Origin: a virus
Lineage: Duplodnaviria > Heunggongvirae > Uroviricota > Caudoviricetes
Reading direction: 5' to 3' (one strand)
Virus record (IMG/VR): IMGVR_UViG_3300027708_003081
Length of the DNA stretch: 64,000 nt
The position numbers and the translations under genes were made by a program. Numbering within the stretch: the stretch's first letter is position 1; each line of letters opens with the position of its first letter. This document shows positions 30,032 to 38,759 of the stretch, one piece after another. A model generated the notes under the pieces. The model was not told the origin of the DNA, made no database searches, and saw only the letters and a program-made list of their open reading frames with translations.

Positions 30032-30136
30032 ATGGAAGTATTGATTATGTTTATTGTAATTGCAATTGGATTTGCTTGGGCGTGGCCTGAAGAAGAAATA
30101 GAAGAACTTGATAAACGTCTTGGTAAAAAGAAATAA
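30032..30136 (+). CDS. possible 34-aa membrane peptide (doubtful)
   Basis: MEVLIMFIVIAIGFAWAWPEEEIEELDKRLGKKK; the part of track ORF 29927..30136 that lies downstream of the tRNA-like element. Confidence 0.2.
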   Translation: MEVLIMFIVIAIGFAWAWPEEEIEELDKRLGKKK

Positions 30137-30139
30137 AAT

Positions 30140-30275
30140 AGTCAGGTGGGCGTAATGAGGGAAGGTACCCGAGTCCCCAAGATTGGCGGTTACCGACACT
30201 AGGGTGGCCGTTGCGTCGTAAGGTTGTCTAATCCGTCTTGAACGGTATTCGGTTCGAGTCCGACCCTGGCTACCC
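30140..30275 (+). tRNA. oversized tRNA-like gene, copy 3 (~133 nt)
   Basis: Same AGTCAGG/CCTGGCT acceptor halves; T-loop GGTTCGAGTCC; 3' ...CTGGCTACCC. Confidence 0.4.
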
Positions 30276-30329
30276 TATATAATTAGACTTTTTTGTACAT
30301 AGTGCATATTTATATAGAAATGTATAGAT

Positions 30330-30959
30330 ATGCCTAGAAAACAAAAAACAATTCATTATCTCTATAAAACCACTTGTTTGATTACGGATAAATATTATAT
30401 AGGAATGCACAGCACCAGTAATCTTGAAGATGGTTATATGGGAAGCGGAAAACGTCTCAGATATAGTATAAGGAAATATGGTAAAGAAAACCACGTTAAA
30501 GAGATACTAGAGTTCTTTGATTCAAGAGAGAGTTTAGTTGAAGCTGAAAAGCATTTGGTAACGAAAGATTTAATCAGTCAAGAAAATTGTATTAACTTAA
30601 AAGAAGGTGGAACAGGCGGTTTTTCAAGCGATGAACATCGTAAAAAATTTTTTGAGACTACGAATGTTAAGAATTCTCATGATAGAATTAAATGGTTAAG
30701 AGAAAATGACTTAGAGTGGTATTATAAATGGATTGACAAAATCAAAGATGGTAGGAAAACTGGAAAGTACAACCCGAGTTTTTTAAATAAAAAACATTCT
30801 GATACATCTCGAAAAAAAATTAGTGAGTCATTGAAGGGGTTAGGTATTGGTGCTCGTAATTCGCAATATGGTACTAAGTGGATAACCAACGGTGTAAAGT
30901 GTAAAAAAATAAAAAAAGAAGACCCGATATCAGAAGGTTGGCATTTGGGTAGAAAATAA
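30330..30959 (+). CDS. GIY-YIG homing endonuclease with NUMOD3-like C-terminal motifs
   Basis: IHYLYK...DKYYIGMHS...GYMGSGKRLRYSIRKYGKENHVKEILEFF (GIY-YIG core with the Y.GSG / KYG.ENF subfamily pattern); C-terminal HSDTSRKKISESLKG. Confidence 0.75.
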   Translation: MPRKQKTIHYLYKTTCLITDKYYIGMHSTSNLEDGYMGSGKRLRYSIRKYGKENHVKEILEFFDSRESLVEAEKHLVTKDLISQENCINLKEGGTGGFSSDEHRKKFFETTNVKNSHDRIKWLRENDLEWYYKWIDKIKDGRKTGKYNPSFLNKKHSDTSRKKISESLKGLGIGARNSQYGTKWITNGVKCKKIKKEDPISEGWHLGRK

Positions 30960-30971
30960 AAAACATATAAT

Positions 30972-31172
30972 ATGGAAATAGGAGATTGGATTGAATATCC
31001 CGGACACGACAAGGCTTGGATTGGGTGGGAAACGACAAGTTCGTATCTAATATACAGGATTAAAAATGTCCTCAATGAGGAAGGTAAAACTTCACAAACT
31101 TGGTTATACAAACAATTAGAATTAGAGTGGATATTAAAAACTGATTTTAATTATAAAACAAAAAACATATAA
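30972..31172 (+). CDS. small hypothetical protein
   Basis: 66 aa; ATG verified. Confidence 0.4.
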   Translation: MEIGDWIEYPGHDKAWIGWETTSSYLIYRIKNVLNEEGKTSQTWLYKQLELEWILKTDFNYKTKNI

Positions 31173-31173
31173 T

Positions 31174-31458
31174 ATGGAAGAAAAATTAACACCAACAGAA
31201 AGAGTAATTGCAATTGCATTATTCACAATCGTATTCCTTGCATTGTTGTCGGGACTTGTAAGTTGTAGCCAACCGGTACTTAATAAGAATGAATATGTTA
31301 TAGTAGATACGTTAAATGTGTCGCGTAATGGATTTGGAAAGGTTCTTGAATATGAAGTGATTGTTGAGATTGATAGTTCTTATCATTATGGGACTATTAA
31401 CGGAGATGGAGAACTAACGAATATTAATATAAAAAAGATTAAAAAAGAAATAAAATAA
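31174..31458 (+). CDS. small membrane-anchored protein
   Basis: 94 aa; N-terminal TM IAIALFTIVFLALLSGLV. Confidence 0.4.
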   Translation: MEEKLTPTERVIAIALFTIVFLALLSGLVSCSQPVLNKNEYVIVDTLNVSRNGFGKVLEYEVIVEIDSSYHYGTINGDGELTNINIKKIKKEIK

Positions 31459-31460
31459 AT

Positions 31461-31491
31461 TTTGGCAGAACCAAAATTATCCTTATCTTTG
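31461..31491 (+). promoter_or_regulatory. Bacteroidetes sigma-A type promoter
   Basis: TTTGGCAG 31461-68, TATCTTTG 31484-91, spacing 19; ATG 31520. Confidence 0.55.
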
Positions 31492-31519
31492 TGTTCTAAA
31501 CAATTAAAAAATATAAATT

Positions 31520-32488
31520 ATGTTAACAGTATTATCAGTTCTCGCATTTATTGGAATTATCTATGGTGTAATTTCCAAAGTTCAAAAGAGTATGGACTCT
31601 GAATTTGTTTTACCCGCAGGTGGTAAAATATTAATCATATCCGCAATTGCATTTGTATTATTCGTTTCAGTGAACACAACTCTCTACAAAATCGGAGCTC
31701 AAGAAGTTGGTGTGGTGGTTACACCAAGAGGTGTGTCGGATGAAGAATTAACCACAGGTTGGAACTTCGTTGCACCTTGGAACTCCGTTAAACTTATGGA
31801 TAAGACGGTATGGGTTTATACCTTAACCTCAAACCCAAAAGAAGGTGCTAAACCAACGGATGATGCCATTTGGGCTCCAACATCTGATGGTATTAAAATG
31901 GGTTTTGATATTTCCGTGAATTGGCGTATTGACCCAAACCAAGCATCTTGGATATATGGTAATATTTCCGCAGACCAAGACGGAGAAGGTAAATACCATT
32001 GGATAGAAGAGAATATCATAAGACCAGCAATCAAATCAATTATGCCACTTACAGTATCCAAATACACACCGATTGAGTGTTATTCAGACAAACGTTCAGA
32101 GATACAATCAAAGGTTCAGTTGGCACTTAAAAAAGAATTACAGAATAATCATCTTATTGTGGATGTTGCACAAATCAGAGAAGTTTATTATAATCCGGCA
32201 TATGAAGCAAGTATCAATCAAAAGAAACTTGAAGAACAAAAGGTTTTGACTATGGTTCAGATTACTCGTCAAAAAGATGAGGCTTTGAAACAAGCTATGA
32301 TTGATAAAGATATTGCAATACAGAAAGCGGAAGGTGAAGCGAAAGCTTTACAGATTAAAGGTTCATCCATCGCAAGTAATCCAAAAATTATCCAATTGGA
32401 ATGGATACAAAAATGGGATGGTAAATTACCTAACTATATGATGGGTAACGGACAAGGTGTTATTATGAATATGCCTAACAAAGATTAA
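31520..32488 (+). CDS. SPFH/band-7 (prohibitin/HflK-like) membrane protein
   Basis: N-terminal TM, then QEVGVVVTPRGV...GWNFVAPW...DGIKMGFDISVNWRI typical of the SPFH domain; C-terminal coiled coil. Confidence 0.7.
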   Translation: MLTVLSVLAFIGIIYGVISKVQKSMDSEFVLPAGGKILIISAIAFVLFVSVNTTLYKIGAQEVGVVVTPRGVSDEELTTGWNFVAPWNSVKLMDKTVWVYTLTSNPKEGAKPTDDAIWAPTSDGIKMGFDISVNWRIDPNQASWIYGNISADQDGEGKYHWIEENIIRPAIKSIMPLTVSKYTPIECYSDKRSEIQSKVQLALKKELQNNHLIVDVAQIREVYYNPAYEASINQKKLEEQKVLTMVQITRQKDEALKQAMIDKDIAIQKAEGEAKALQIKGSSIASNPKIIQLEWIQKWDGKLPNYMMGNGQGVIMNMPNKD

Positions 32489-32516
32489 TCCCGTAAGGGT
32501 GGAGCCACGGCAAGAA

Positions 32517-32545
32517 CCTCATCTTAGGATGGGGTTTTTTATTTT
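32517..32545 (+). terminator. intrinsic terminator
   Basis: CCTCATC-TTAG-GATGGGG hairpin followed by TTTTTTATTTT. Confidence 0.6.
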
Positions 32546-32564
32546 ATAATAGTATTTATATCAT

Positions 32565-32879
32565 ATGAGGATTTTAATAACAGAGAATCAAATGAGGAAA
32601 GTTCAGTTTAAGTATTTGGATTACTTATTTGAGGGTATGTATGAGGTGGAATCAAAAAAATTTCGGGGTTCAAGATTTTGGAAGAAAGGAGATAAGGTAA
32701 TATTAGAATTGGGAAAATCAGGTAGATTATGGGTTTTACATTCAATTTGGAGAAATATTTCCAATATGTTTTCATTAGATTATAATGAAATTAAACAACT
32801 TATAAAAGATTGGGCGGAACAACATTTAGAATTGGAGGGGGTAATACCACACGAACACGGAAAGGATATTGATTTCTAA
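32565..32879 (+). CDS. tandem-paralog family A, member 1
   Basis: MRILITENQMRKVQFKYLDYLFEG...; shares >50% identity by eye with the next two genes. Confidence 0.5.
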   Translation: MRILITENQMRKVQFKYLDYLFEGMYEVESKKFRGSRFWKKGDKVILELGKSGRLWVLHSIWRNISNMFSLDYNEIKQLIKDWAEQHLELEGVIPHEHGKDIDF

Positions 32880-32905
32880 ATGGGACAACATTTAAAATAA
32901 AAATT

Positions 32906-33241
32906 ATGAAGATTTTAATTACGGAAAATCAAATTAGAAGACTGCAGTTTAAGTATTTGGATTACTTATTTGATGGGATGAGTGAGATTAAATCCACAAA
33001 ATATCCTGGTGACATACGTTGGAAAAAAGATGGTAAAATAATATTAGAATTGGGAAGAACAGGAAAATTTTGGGTTTTATATTCAATTTGGGATAATATA
33101 TCAAATATGTTTTCATTAGATTATGATGAAACTCAACAACTTATAAAAGAATGGGTGGAACAACATTTAGAATTGAAGGATATAACACCAAAAACTAATA
33201 AATTCAGGGTTCCGGTTCTGGTGGAAGGGCGTTTAAAATAA
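32906..33241 (+). CDS. tandem-paralog family A, member 2
   Basis: MKILITENQIRRLQFKYLDYLFDG... Confidence 0.5.
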   Translation: MKILITENQIRRLQFKYLDYLFDGMSEIKSTKYPGDIRWKKDGKIILELGRTGKFWVLYSIWDNISNMFSLDYDETQQLIKEWVEQHLELKDITPKTNKFRVPVLVEGRLK

Positions 33242-33246
33242 AAATT

Positions 33247-33576
33247 ATGAAGATTTTAATAACGGAGAATCAGTTAAGGAAAGTTGAGTTTAAGTTTTTG
33301 AATTACTTATTTGACGGCATATATGAAGTTGAATTAAATGAGTATCCGGATTTAAGATTTTGGAAAAAAGATAATAGGGTGGTGTTAGAATTGGAAAAAT
33401 CAGGTAATTTAATAGTTTCAATTTCAATTTGGGAAAATATTTCCAATATGTTTTCGTTAGATTATGATGAAACTAAACAACTTATAAAAGACTGGGCTGA
33501 ACAACATTTAGAATTGGAGGGAATTACACCACTAATGGCGTGGGTTTCTAATGAAGAATGGTGGAAAAACATTTAA
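33247..33576 (+). CDS. tandem-paralog family A, member 3
   Basis: MKILITENQLRKVEFKFLNYLFDG... Confidence 0.5.
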   Translation: MKILITENQLRKVEFKFLNYLFDGIYEVELNEYPDLRFWKKDNRVVLELEKSGNLIVSISIWENISNMFSLDYDETKQLIKDWAEQHLELEGITPLMAWVSNEEWWKNI

Positions 33577-33586
33577 TATAAAAATT

Positions 33587-34702
33587 ATGAAGATTTTAAT
33601 AACAGAAGAGCAATACGAAAGATTATCAGGTGAGATGGAAGAAGCATTAGGAGTTCCCGAAGGAATACTTGATGCGGGAGAAGAGATATATGATTTAATA
33701 GTCCAAGAGTTGGATGATTTTAATGGTGATATTGAGGACTTAAATAAAGATGGGTTTGAGATAGATAAAGAATTTACAATAGGAGGACACGACTTTAATA
33801 AAGTAACCGTTAAATTTGATATTGAAGAACATCCTGAAGCAAAAAATGTTGATATGGCAGGAATGAGTTCAGAGAATGAGTCAGAACTTGATGATACATT
33901 TGTATTACAGAGCGTTAGAGACCCACAGGAAGTTATAATAGGTTTTAAGTTTTATATTGAACCGGGAAAAGGAGTTGAGGAAATTACCGACTACCTTAAA
34001 AAATATAGAAATGAAGATGTACCATCTCTTAGTCACGAATTAAAACACGCATTTAGAGATGTTAAACAAAAAGGAGATAAATTATCAAGTAGGGCATCAT
34101 ATATTGCAAATCAACAAGTAAGAGATATGTTTGGTTTTATCCCTGAAATGAGAGATTTCGCATTTAACTCATACTTTATTCATGCGGTGGAAAATATTGT
34201 TAGACCAACGGAGATGGCATCCGAGATGAGAATGAATAATGTCTCAAGAAAAGAATTTTTAAAGTTTTTCTTAAATACGGAAATAGTTAAAAGATTAAAA
34301 GAGATACAAAATTTTAGTTATGATGAGTTAAAAGAAAAACTTTTATCGGAAGAAAATATTAAAAATATAAAAGAACTATTTGATGCAATTGATGATGATT
34401 ATGAAGGAAAAACTGACGAAGAGATTTTAGGAAGATTTTTAAGATTATATCTTGTTAATATAACAAATAAGAAAAATGAGATAGTTAATAGACTACTAAC
34501 CTCAAATGTATTTGAGCAAATGTTTGGATTTGAAGGTGATAAAGACAAGTTCTTCAGAAAGTATGTGGCACAAACAACCAAATTCAAAGATGACTACGAT
34601 GCTTATTTTAGGAATGAGGAACAGTATTTCCACCGAGTCGCCACGATGATGATTAAAAAACTCGCAAAATTATACGCAATGGCTAAATATTTGCCAGAAT
34701 AG
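33587..34702 (+). CDS. hypothetical protein with family-A-like N-terminus (371 aa)
   Basis: Track start 33551 overlaps previous gene. ATG at 33587 gives MKILITEEQYERL and is preceded by the same AAAAATTATGAAGATTTTAAT context as the paralogs. Confidence 0.5.
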   Translation: MKILITEEQYERLSGEMEEALGVPEGILDAGEEIYDLIVQELDDFNGDIEDLNKDGFEIDKEFTIGGHDFNKVTVKFDIEEHPEAKNVDMAGMSSENESELDDTFVLQSVRDPQEVIIGFKFYIEPGKGVEEITDYLKKYRNEDVPSLSHELKHAFRDVKQKGDKLSSRASYIANQQVRDMFGFIPEMRDFAFNSYFIHAVENIVRPTEMASEMRMNNVSRKEFLKFFLNTEIVKRLKEIQNFSYDELKEKLLSEENIKNIKELFDAIDDDYEGKTDEEILGRFLRLYLVNITNKKNEIVNRLLTSNVFEQMFGFEGDKDKFFRKYVAQTTKFKDDYDAYFRNEEQYFHRVATMMIKKLAKLYAMAKYLPE

Positions 34703-34703
34703 A

Positions 34704-34720
34704 GATATTTATAATAAAAA
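34704..34720 (+). promoter_or_regulatory. GATATTTATAATAAAAA motif (TATAAT-containing) just upstream of ATG
   Basis: One of at least five near-identical motifs 0-8 nt upstream of start codons. Confidence 0.3.
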
Positions 34721-34727
34721 AATAATT

Positions 34728-35024
34728 ATGGCAAAAATAGTAAGATTAACCGAAAATGATTTAACAAGATTGGTTAGAAAAGTAATTAATGAAGGAAATA
34801 AATCTGATTTTAAAAAATATGAAAAAATTATTGATAATTATTCCAATGAACTAGATGCCGTGGATTGGGACGATGAAAATTTGAGTGAAATTTTCAAAGA
34901 GTTAGAAGAATTACAAGAAAAAATTTATAAAAATTCCGAGTTGTCTAAAAAAGAGATTAAAAAACTTGATGATGAAATTGAGTATTTAATGGACTATATT
35001 ACAGATGTACTTGATTCATATTAA
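34728..35024 (+). CDS. small acidic protein with LTEN.L.RL N-terminal motif
   Basis: MAKIVRLTENDLTRLVRK... Confidence 0.45.
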   Translation: MAKIVRLTENDLTRLVRKVINEGNKSDFKKYEKIIDNYSNELDAVDWDDENLSEIFKELEELQEKIYKNSELSKKEIKKLDDEIEYLMDYITDVLDSY

Positions 35025-35052
35025 TAAAAAAAATCATAACTAATTAACAACC

Positions 35053-35078
35053 CCCCTGAATAGAGGGGTTTTTTATTT
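35053..35078 (+). terminator. intrinsic terminator
   Basis: CCCCT-GAATAG-AGGGG followed by TTTTTTATTTT. Confidence 0.6.
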
Positions 35079-35087
35079 TATAAAATA

Positions 35088-35119
35088 TTTGGCTGGTAAT
35101 TTATTATTTCATATCTTTG
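35088..35119 (+). promoter_or_regulatory. Bacteroidetes sigma-A type promoter
   Basis: TTTGGCTG 35088-95, TATCTTTG 35112-19, spacing 20; ATG 35141. Confidence 0.55.
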
Positions 35120-35140
35120 TATTTCTAAACAACCTAAATT

Positions 35141-35341
35141 ATGAATAGCGTAGAATTGTTACAAAGAAAAATGAAAATATATGGTTTATCAAGAGCCAAA
35201 AAACTTGAAATTGTTACACTATTTGAAGAAGCCAAATTCTTACACAAGCAAGAGATAATAGAGGCTTGGGAGATGGGAAGATTTAATATTGATGCCATTG
35301 GAAGCGGAGAAGAATATTACAACGAAACTTATAAAAAATAG
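35141..35341 (+). CDS. small hypothetical protein
   Basis: 66 aa. Confidence 0.4.
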   Translation: MNSVELLQRKMKIYGLSRAKKLEIVTLFEEAKFLHKQEIIEAWEMGRFNIDAIGSGEEYYNETYKK

Positions 35342-35344
35342 ATT

Positions 35345-36208
35345 ATGAACCTAAAAGATATAGCCCAAGAAATAAGGGATGTTATTTCACAGAAACAATT
35401 AGAGTTAGGGTTGGAGTTTTTTGAGGAGGAACACAAATACCATATGAAAGATATGGATGGGAATGTTAGAAGTGACTTCCCATCTGTATCAAAGGTATTA
35501 AAGTGTTTTTATGATGAGTTCCCAACCGAAGAAGCTGCATATAAGAAATCAGGGGGAGACCCTGACGAACAGGAACGACTCATTAAGGAATGGGCTGACG
35601 CAGGTGATTACGCAACCAATATGGGTAGTAGAACTCACTTTATATTGGAGAAAAAATCTCTTGATATGTTTGATATTAACAAGGAAGTAAGACAACCCGT
35701 ATTTAATTGTGATATCCTCCAAATACAGAAAAGTGATAGTATGGTTCAGGCGGGTGAGAAATACCTGAAACTTATGGAACAGAGAGGTGCGGTGTTAATT
35801 GATACGGAGATGGTATTGGGACATCCTGAATTAGGATTTGTGGGTCAACCCGACAAATTTTGGATGATGGAGAACAAAGATAAATCAGGTTATGGTTTGG
35901 CAATCACTGATTGGAAGACGAATAAGGTTAAGAACTTCCAAAAAACCCGATATACCAAGAAAATGAAATCGCCATATCACTTTGTGGATGATTACGCCTT
36001 GGGTCATTATTATGTACAATTATCTTTATATTGTAAGTTGTTCTTGAAGATGTTGGAGGGCAGTAAGTACGAAGGTTTAAACCTGTATGGTGGTGTTGTA
36101 GTCCTATTAAAAGATGACTCGGATTTCACCGAATATAGAATACCAAAGGAGGTTATAACAACCACTATGGAAATGAATGTAAAAAATTATTTAACCAAGA
36201 AAAAATAA
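35345..36208 (+). CDS. PD-(D/E)XK family nuclease (YqaJ/lambda-exonuclease-like, tentative)
   Basis: GHPELGFVGQPDKF ... LAITDWKTNK: the D...(D/E)xK arrangement. Confidence 0.45.
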   Translation: MNLKDIAQEIRDVISQKQLELGLEFFEEEHKYHMKDMDGNVRSDFPSVSKVLKCFYDEFPTEEAAYKKSGGDPDEQERLIKEWADAGDYATNMGSRTHFILEKKSLDMFDINKEVRQPVFNCDILQIQKSDSMVQAGEKYLKLMEQRGAVLIDTEMVLGHPELGFVGQPDKFWMMENKDKSGYGLAITDWKTNKVKNFQKTRYTKKMKSPYHFVDDYALGHYYVQLSLYCKLFLKMLEGSKYEGLNLYGGVVVLLKDDSDFTEYRIPKEVITTTMEMNVKNYLTKKK

Positions 36209-36211
36209 ACT

Positions 36212-37072
36212 ATGTCTAAAGTAGATGAATTAAGGGCGAAATACCCAAGAGTTACCACATCAGTTTTTAATAAATTAGTTGATGGGGACAAAACAAAAAC
36301 AAAAAAATATCTCCCATTTATGTTAAAAACTTGGGTTGATAGAACTTCAGAGATTACAAACTCAACTCATTTAGTTCAACTTGTTAATATGTTTGATGAA
36401 TTACTACCATATATTGAGAACAAGGACATTTATCACAAAGATTATGAAAGTATAACTCATTTTTTGAGTGTATTAGATAATGCGATGGAGGATAAAGAAG
36501 AAAATACTTTTGTTAGAGAAGAACACGCAGAAGTTATTGAAGAAACGGATGACTATATACTTCTCCGTCCAAAAACCCATAAAGGTTCATTAAAATATGG
36601 CGCAAATACCAAATGGTGCACCGCATCAAAAACGGCGCCAACAACATTTAATTCATATTCAAAAAGTGGATTTTTGGCTTATTTAATCTCAAAAAAAGAT
36701 AAAGGCCCCGTATATACAAAATTAGCATTTTACATCAGGAAACATCACGATATGTTAACAGGACATATTGAATGTTATAATATGGCGGATAATAATTTTG
36801 AAACAGAAGTTTTAATAGAAGGTAATCATTGGGATGCAGATACACTATTCAAGTTAATAACAAAAATTAGATTGAAAGCGTACCAGTATCAAAAACTTAT
36901 GATTTCAAAAGAAAGAATTGAAGATGTTATTATTAGATTAGAAAGTGTAAACTTTGAAAATTTAACAAGTTCAATTGAGGTACTTGAAAAAATGAATAAT
37001 ATTGATTATATTTTAAATGCGAAGAATAAAATAAATGACTTCGTATCAAAATTAGAAAAAATTAAAATATGA
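36212..37072 (+). CDS. hypothetical protein (286 aa)
   Basis: ORF track; ATG verified. Confidence 0.5.
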   Translation: MSKVDELRAKYPRVTTSVFNKLVDGDKTKTKKYLPFMLKTWVDRTSEITNSTHLVQLVNMFDELLPYIENKDIYHKDYESITHFLSVLDNAMEDKEENTFVREEHAEVIEETDDYILLRPKTHKGSLKYGANTKWCTASKTAPTTFNSYSKSGFLAYLISKKDKGPVYTKLAFYIRKHHDMLTGHIECYNMADNNFETEVLIEGNHWDADTLFKLITKIRLKAYQYQKLMISKERIEDVIIRLESVNFENLTSSIEVLEKMNNIDYILNAKNKINDFVSKLEKIKI

Positions 37073-37290
37073 GCGAATTAGTAAAACCCCAAATTGACCT
37101 GAAAGAAATCCCAAACATTAAATGTGAGGAGTGTAGTAATCAAGTATTCAAAGAAGTAACCATTCTTAAAAAAGTATCAAGATTACTTACAGGTTCAGCA
37201 GATGATACGATTGTTCCATTTCCCACATATTCTTGTGATAAGTGCGGACATATAAACGAAGAATTTAGAATTTTTGGAAAAGAAGATTAA
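37069..37290 (+). CDS. small zinc-ribbon protein
   Basis: CEECSN...CDKCGH. Confidence 0.45.
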   Translation: MSELVKPQIDLKEIPNIKCEECSNQVFKEVTILKKVSRLLTGSADDTIVPFPTYSCDKCGHINEEFRIFGKED

Positions 37291-37291
37291 T

Positions 37292-37492
37292 ATGATTTAC
37301 GAAGCAGAATACACAATTAAAATCAAGTTGGATAAGTTATTTATGCCACCCGGACATTCATCTGATGAATTACAAGAAGAAATAAAATTAAGAGGTGCTG
37401 AAAACCTGAAAAGATATTTTAACGGAGTTTTATTTGAACCCGAAAAAAAGATTATCTTTGAGGAAATCAATTTTGAACTTATAAAACCATAG
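37292..37492 (+). CDS. small hypothetical protein
   Basis: Track start 37274 is TTG within previous gene; ATG 37292. Confidence 0.4.
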   Translation: MIYEAEYTIKIKLDKLFMPPGHSSDELQEEIKLRGAENLKRYFNGVLFEPEKKIIFEEINFELIKP

Positions 37493-37493
37493 T

Positions 37494-37742
37494 ATGAGAG
37501 AAAAAGATGAATTAGAAGATTTTATCATTAATGGAAAATTAACCATTAAGGGACTTTATGAACTTGCAAAAGAAGGAGGATTTGAGGATAGACACTTATT
37601 CTTTTCAATTAAAAATCCAATAACAAAACAACATTTTAGTACAAGTCACGTTATTGATTTTGGAAAAGGATGGACAAAAGATACTGCAATAATGCATTTG
37701 ACTTGGGATGATGTCCCTGAAATGGATTCTTGCCCGGGTTAA
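37494..37742 (+). CDS. small hypothetical protein
   Basis: 82 aa. Confidence 0.4.
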   Translation: MREKDELEDFIINGKLTIKGLYELAKEGGFEDRHLFFSIKNPITKQHFSTSHVIDFGKGWTKDTAIMHLTWDDVPEMDSCPG

Positions 37743-37754
37743 AAATAAAAAATA

Positions 37755-37964
37755 ATGGAAGTTGGAAAAATATATGAATGTTATGGTACTTTTGTATTAT
37801 GCACAGGTACCAAACAGGTATTTGATATGGCAGGACGCACCTTTCAGGGTGTGGTTATTGAAACTGATGGAGACGAAGATTCTTATTACGCACAATACTC
37901 CGACACTTGGAGTTCAGACCAATTCAAGGAAACAAACAAAAAAATCAAATTAAAAAAGTTATGA
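37755..37964 (+). CDS. small hypothetical protein
   Basis: 69 aa; preferred over the alternate-frame ORF 37762..37953. Confidence 0.4.
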   Translation: MEVGKIYECYGTFVLCTGTKQVFDMAGRTFQGVVIETDGDEDSYYAQYSDTWSSDQFKETNKKIKLKKL

Positions 37965-38428
37965 ATAACGAACAACAAGAATTATTGAGTGAGGCGTATG
38001 AGAATTACTGTACCACTTTAATAGGTTCAATTACTTTTAGTGAGAGGGGTAAACATTTCAAATCAGATGGACTTGAATTTAATAGCGGATATCCTAATTA
38101 TGTTCATTACACAAAAGAAGAGTTCATCAACAAATGTAAAACTGAGGAGGCACTATCCATAAAGTGGATAAAAGAATATGGAGACCTCCGACATGGTTCC
38201 AAAGAAGAAATAGAACATTTAAGCAAACATTATAAAACAGACCCAGAGTTCAGTGAAAGGTGGGGATTAAAGATTGAGGAGAGGGAGTTGAGTGAAGGTG
38301 AGAGTATTTTTCATTATGAAAAAGAATTATATTCACCGTTAAGAATTATTGACCAAAAGATTCCTGTTATACCAACCAAACTAATCACAATAACATACAA
38401 CAATAAAACAATAGAAAGTTATGAATAA
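37961..38428 (+). CDS. tandem-paralog family B, member 1
   Basis: Track start 37907 overlaps previous gene; ATG 37961 (ATGA overlap). MNNEQQELLSEAYENYCTTLIGSITFSERGKHF... ending ITITYNNKTIESYE. Confidence 0.5.
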   Translation: MNNEQQELLSEAYENYCTTLIGSITFSERGKHFKSDGLEFNSGYPNYVHYTKEEFINKCKTEEALSIKWIKEYGDLRHGSKEEIEHLSKHYKTDPEFSERWGLKIEERELSEGESIFHYEKELYSPLRIIDQKIPVIPTKLITITYNNKTIESYE

Positions 38429-38759
38429 AGAACAACAACAGATTATTGACAAGGTATATGAAGATGCTCTTATGGAATATGGATTCGAATCATTACCATC
38501 TACTCCAGAGGGTACTTGGTTTGAAACGATAGAGACCTTTATCCACAAATGCAAACTAGATAATGAGTTCTATGAAAAGTGGGGATTAAAGATTGAGGAA
38601 AGGGAGTTGAGTTTGGAAGAGAGACAAGAATTTGCGGTAAATAAACATCCGTTTATATCGCCCGATTTAATGAGTACTGATTTATTAAACTCAAATAACA
38701 TCCCAACCAAAGTAATCACAATAACATACAACGATAAAACAATAGAAAGTTATGAGTAA
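38421..38759 (+). CDS. tandem-paralog family B, member 2
   Basis: MNKEQQQIIDKVYED...WGLKIEERELS...ITITYNDKTIESYE. Confidence 0.5.
   Translation: MNKEQQQIIDKVYEDALMEYGFESLPSTPEGTWFETIETFIHKCKLDNEFYEKWGLKIEERELSLEERQEFAVNKHPFISPDLMSTDLLNSNNIPTKVITITYNDKTIESYE

Noticed and set aside
37762-37953. 63-aa ORF
   Set aside because: Alternate frame almost fully nested in 37755..37964.
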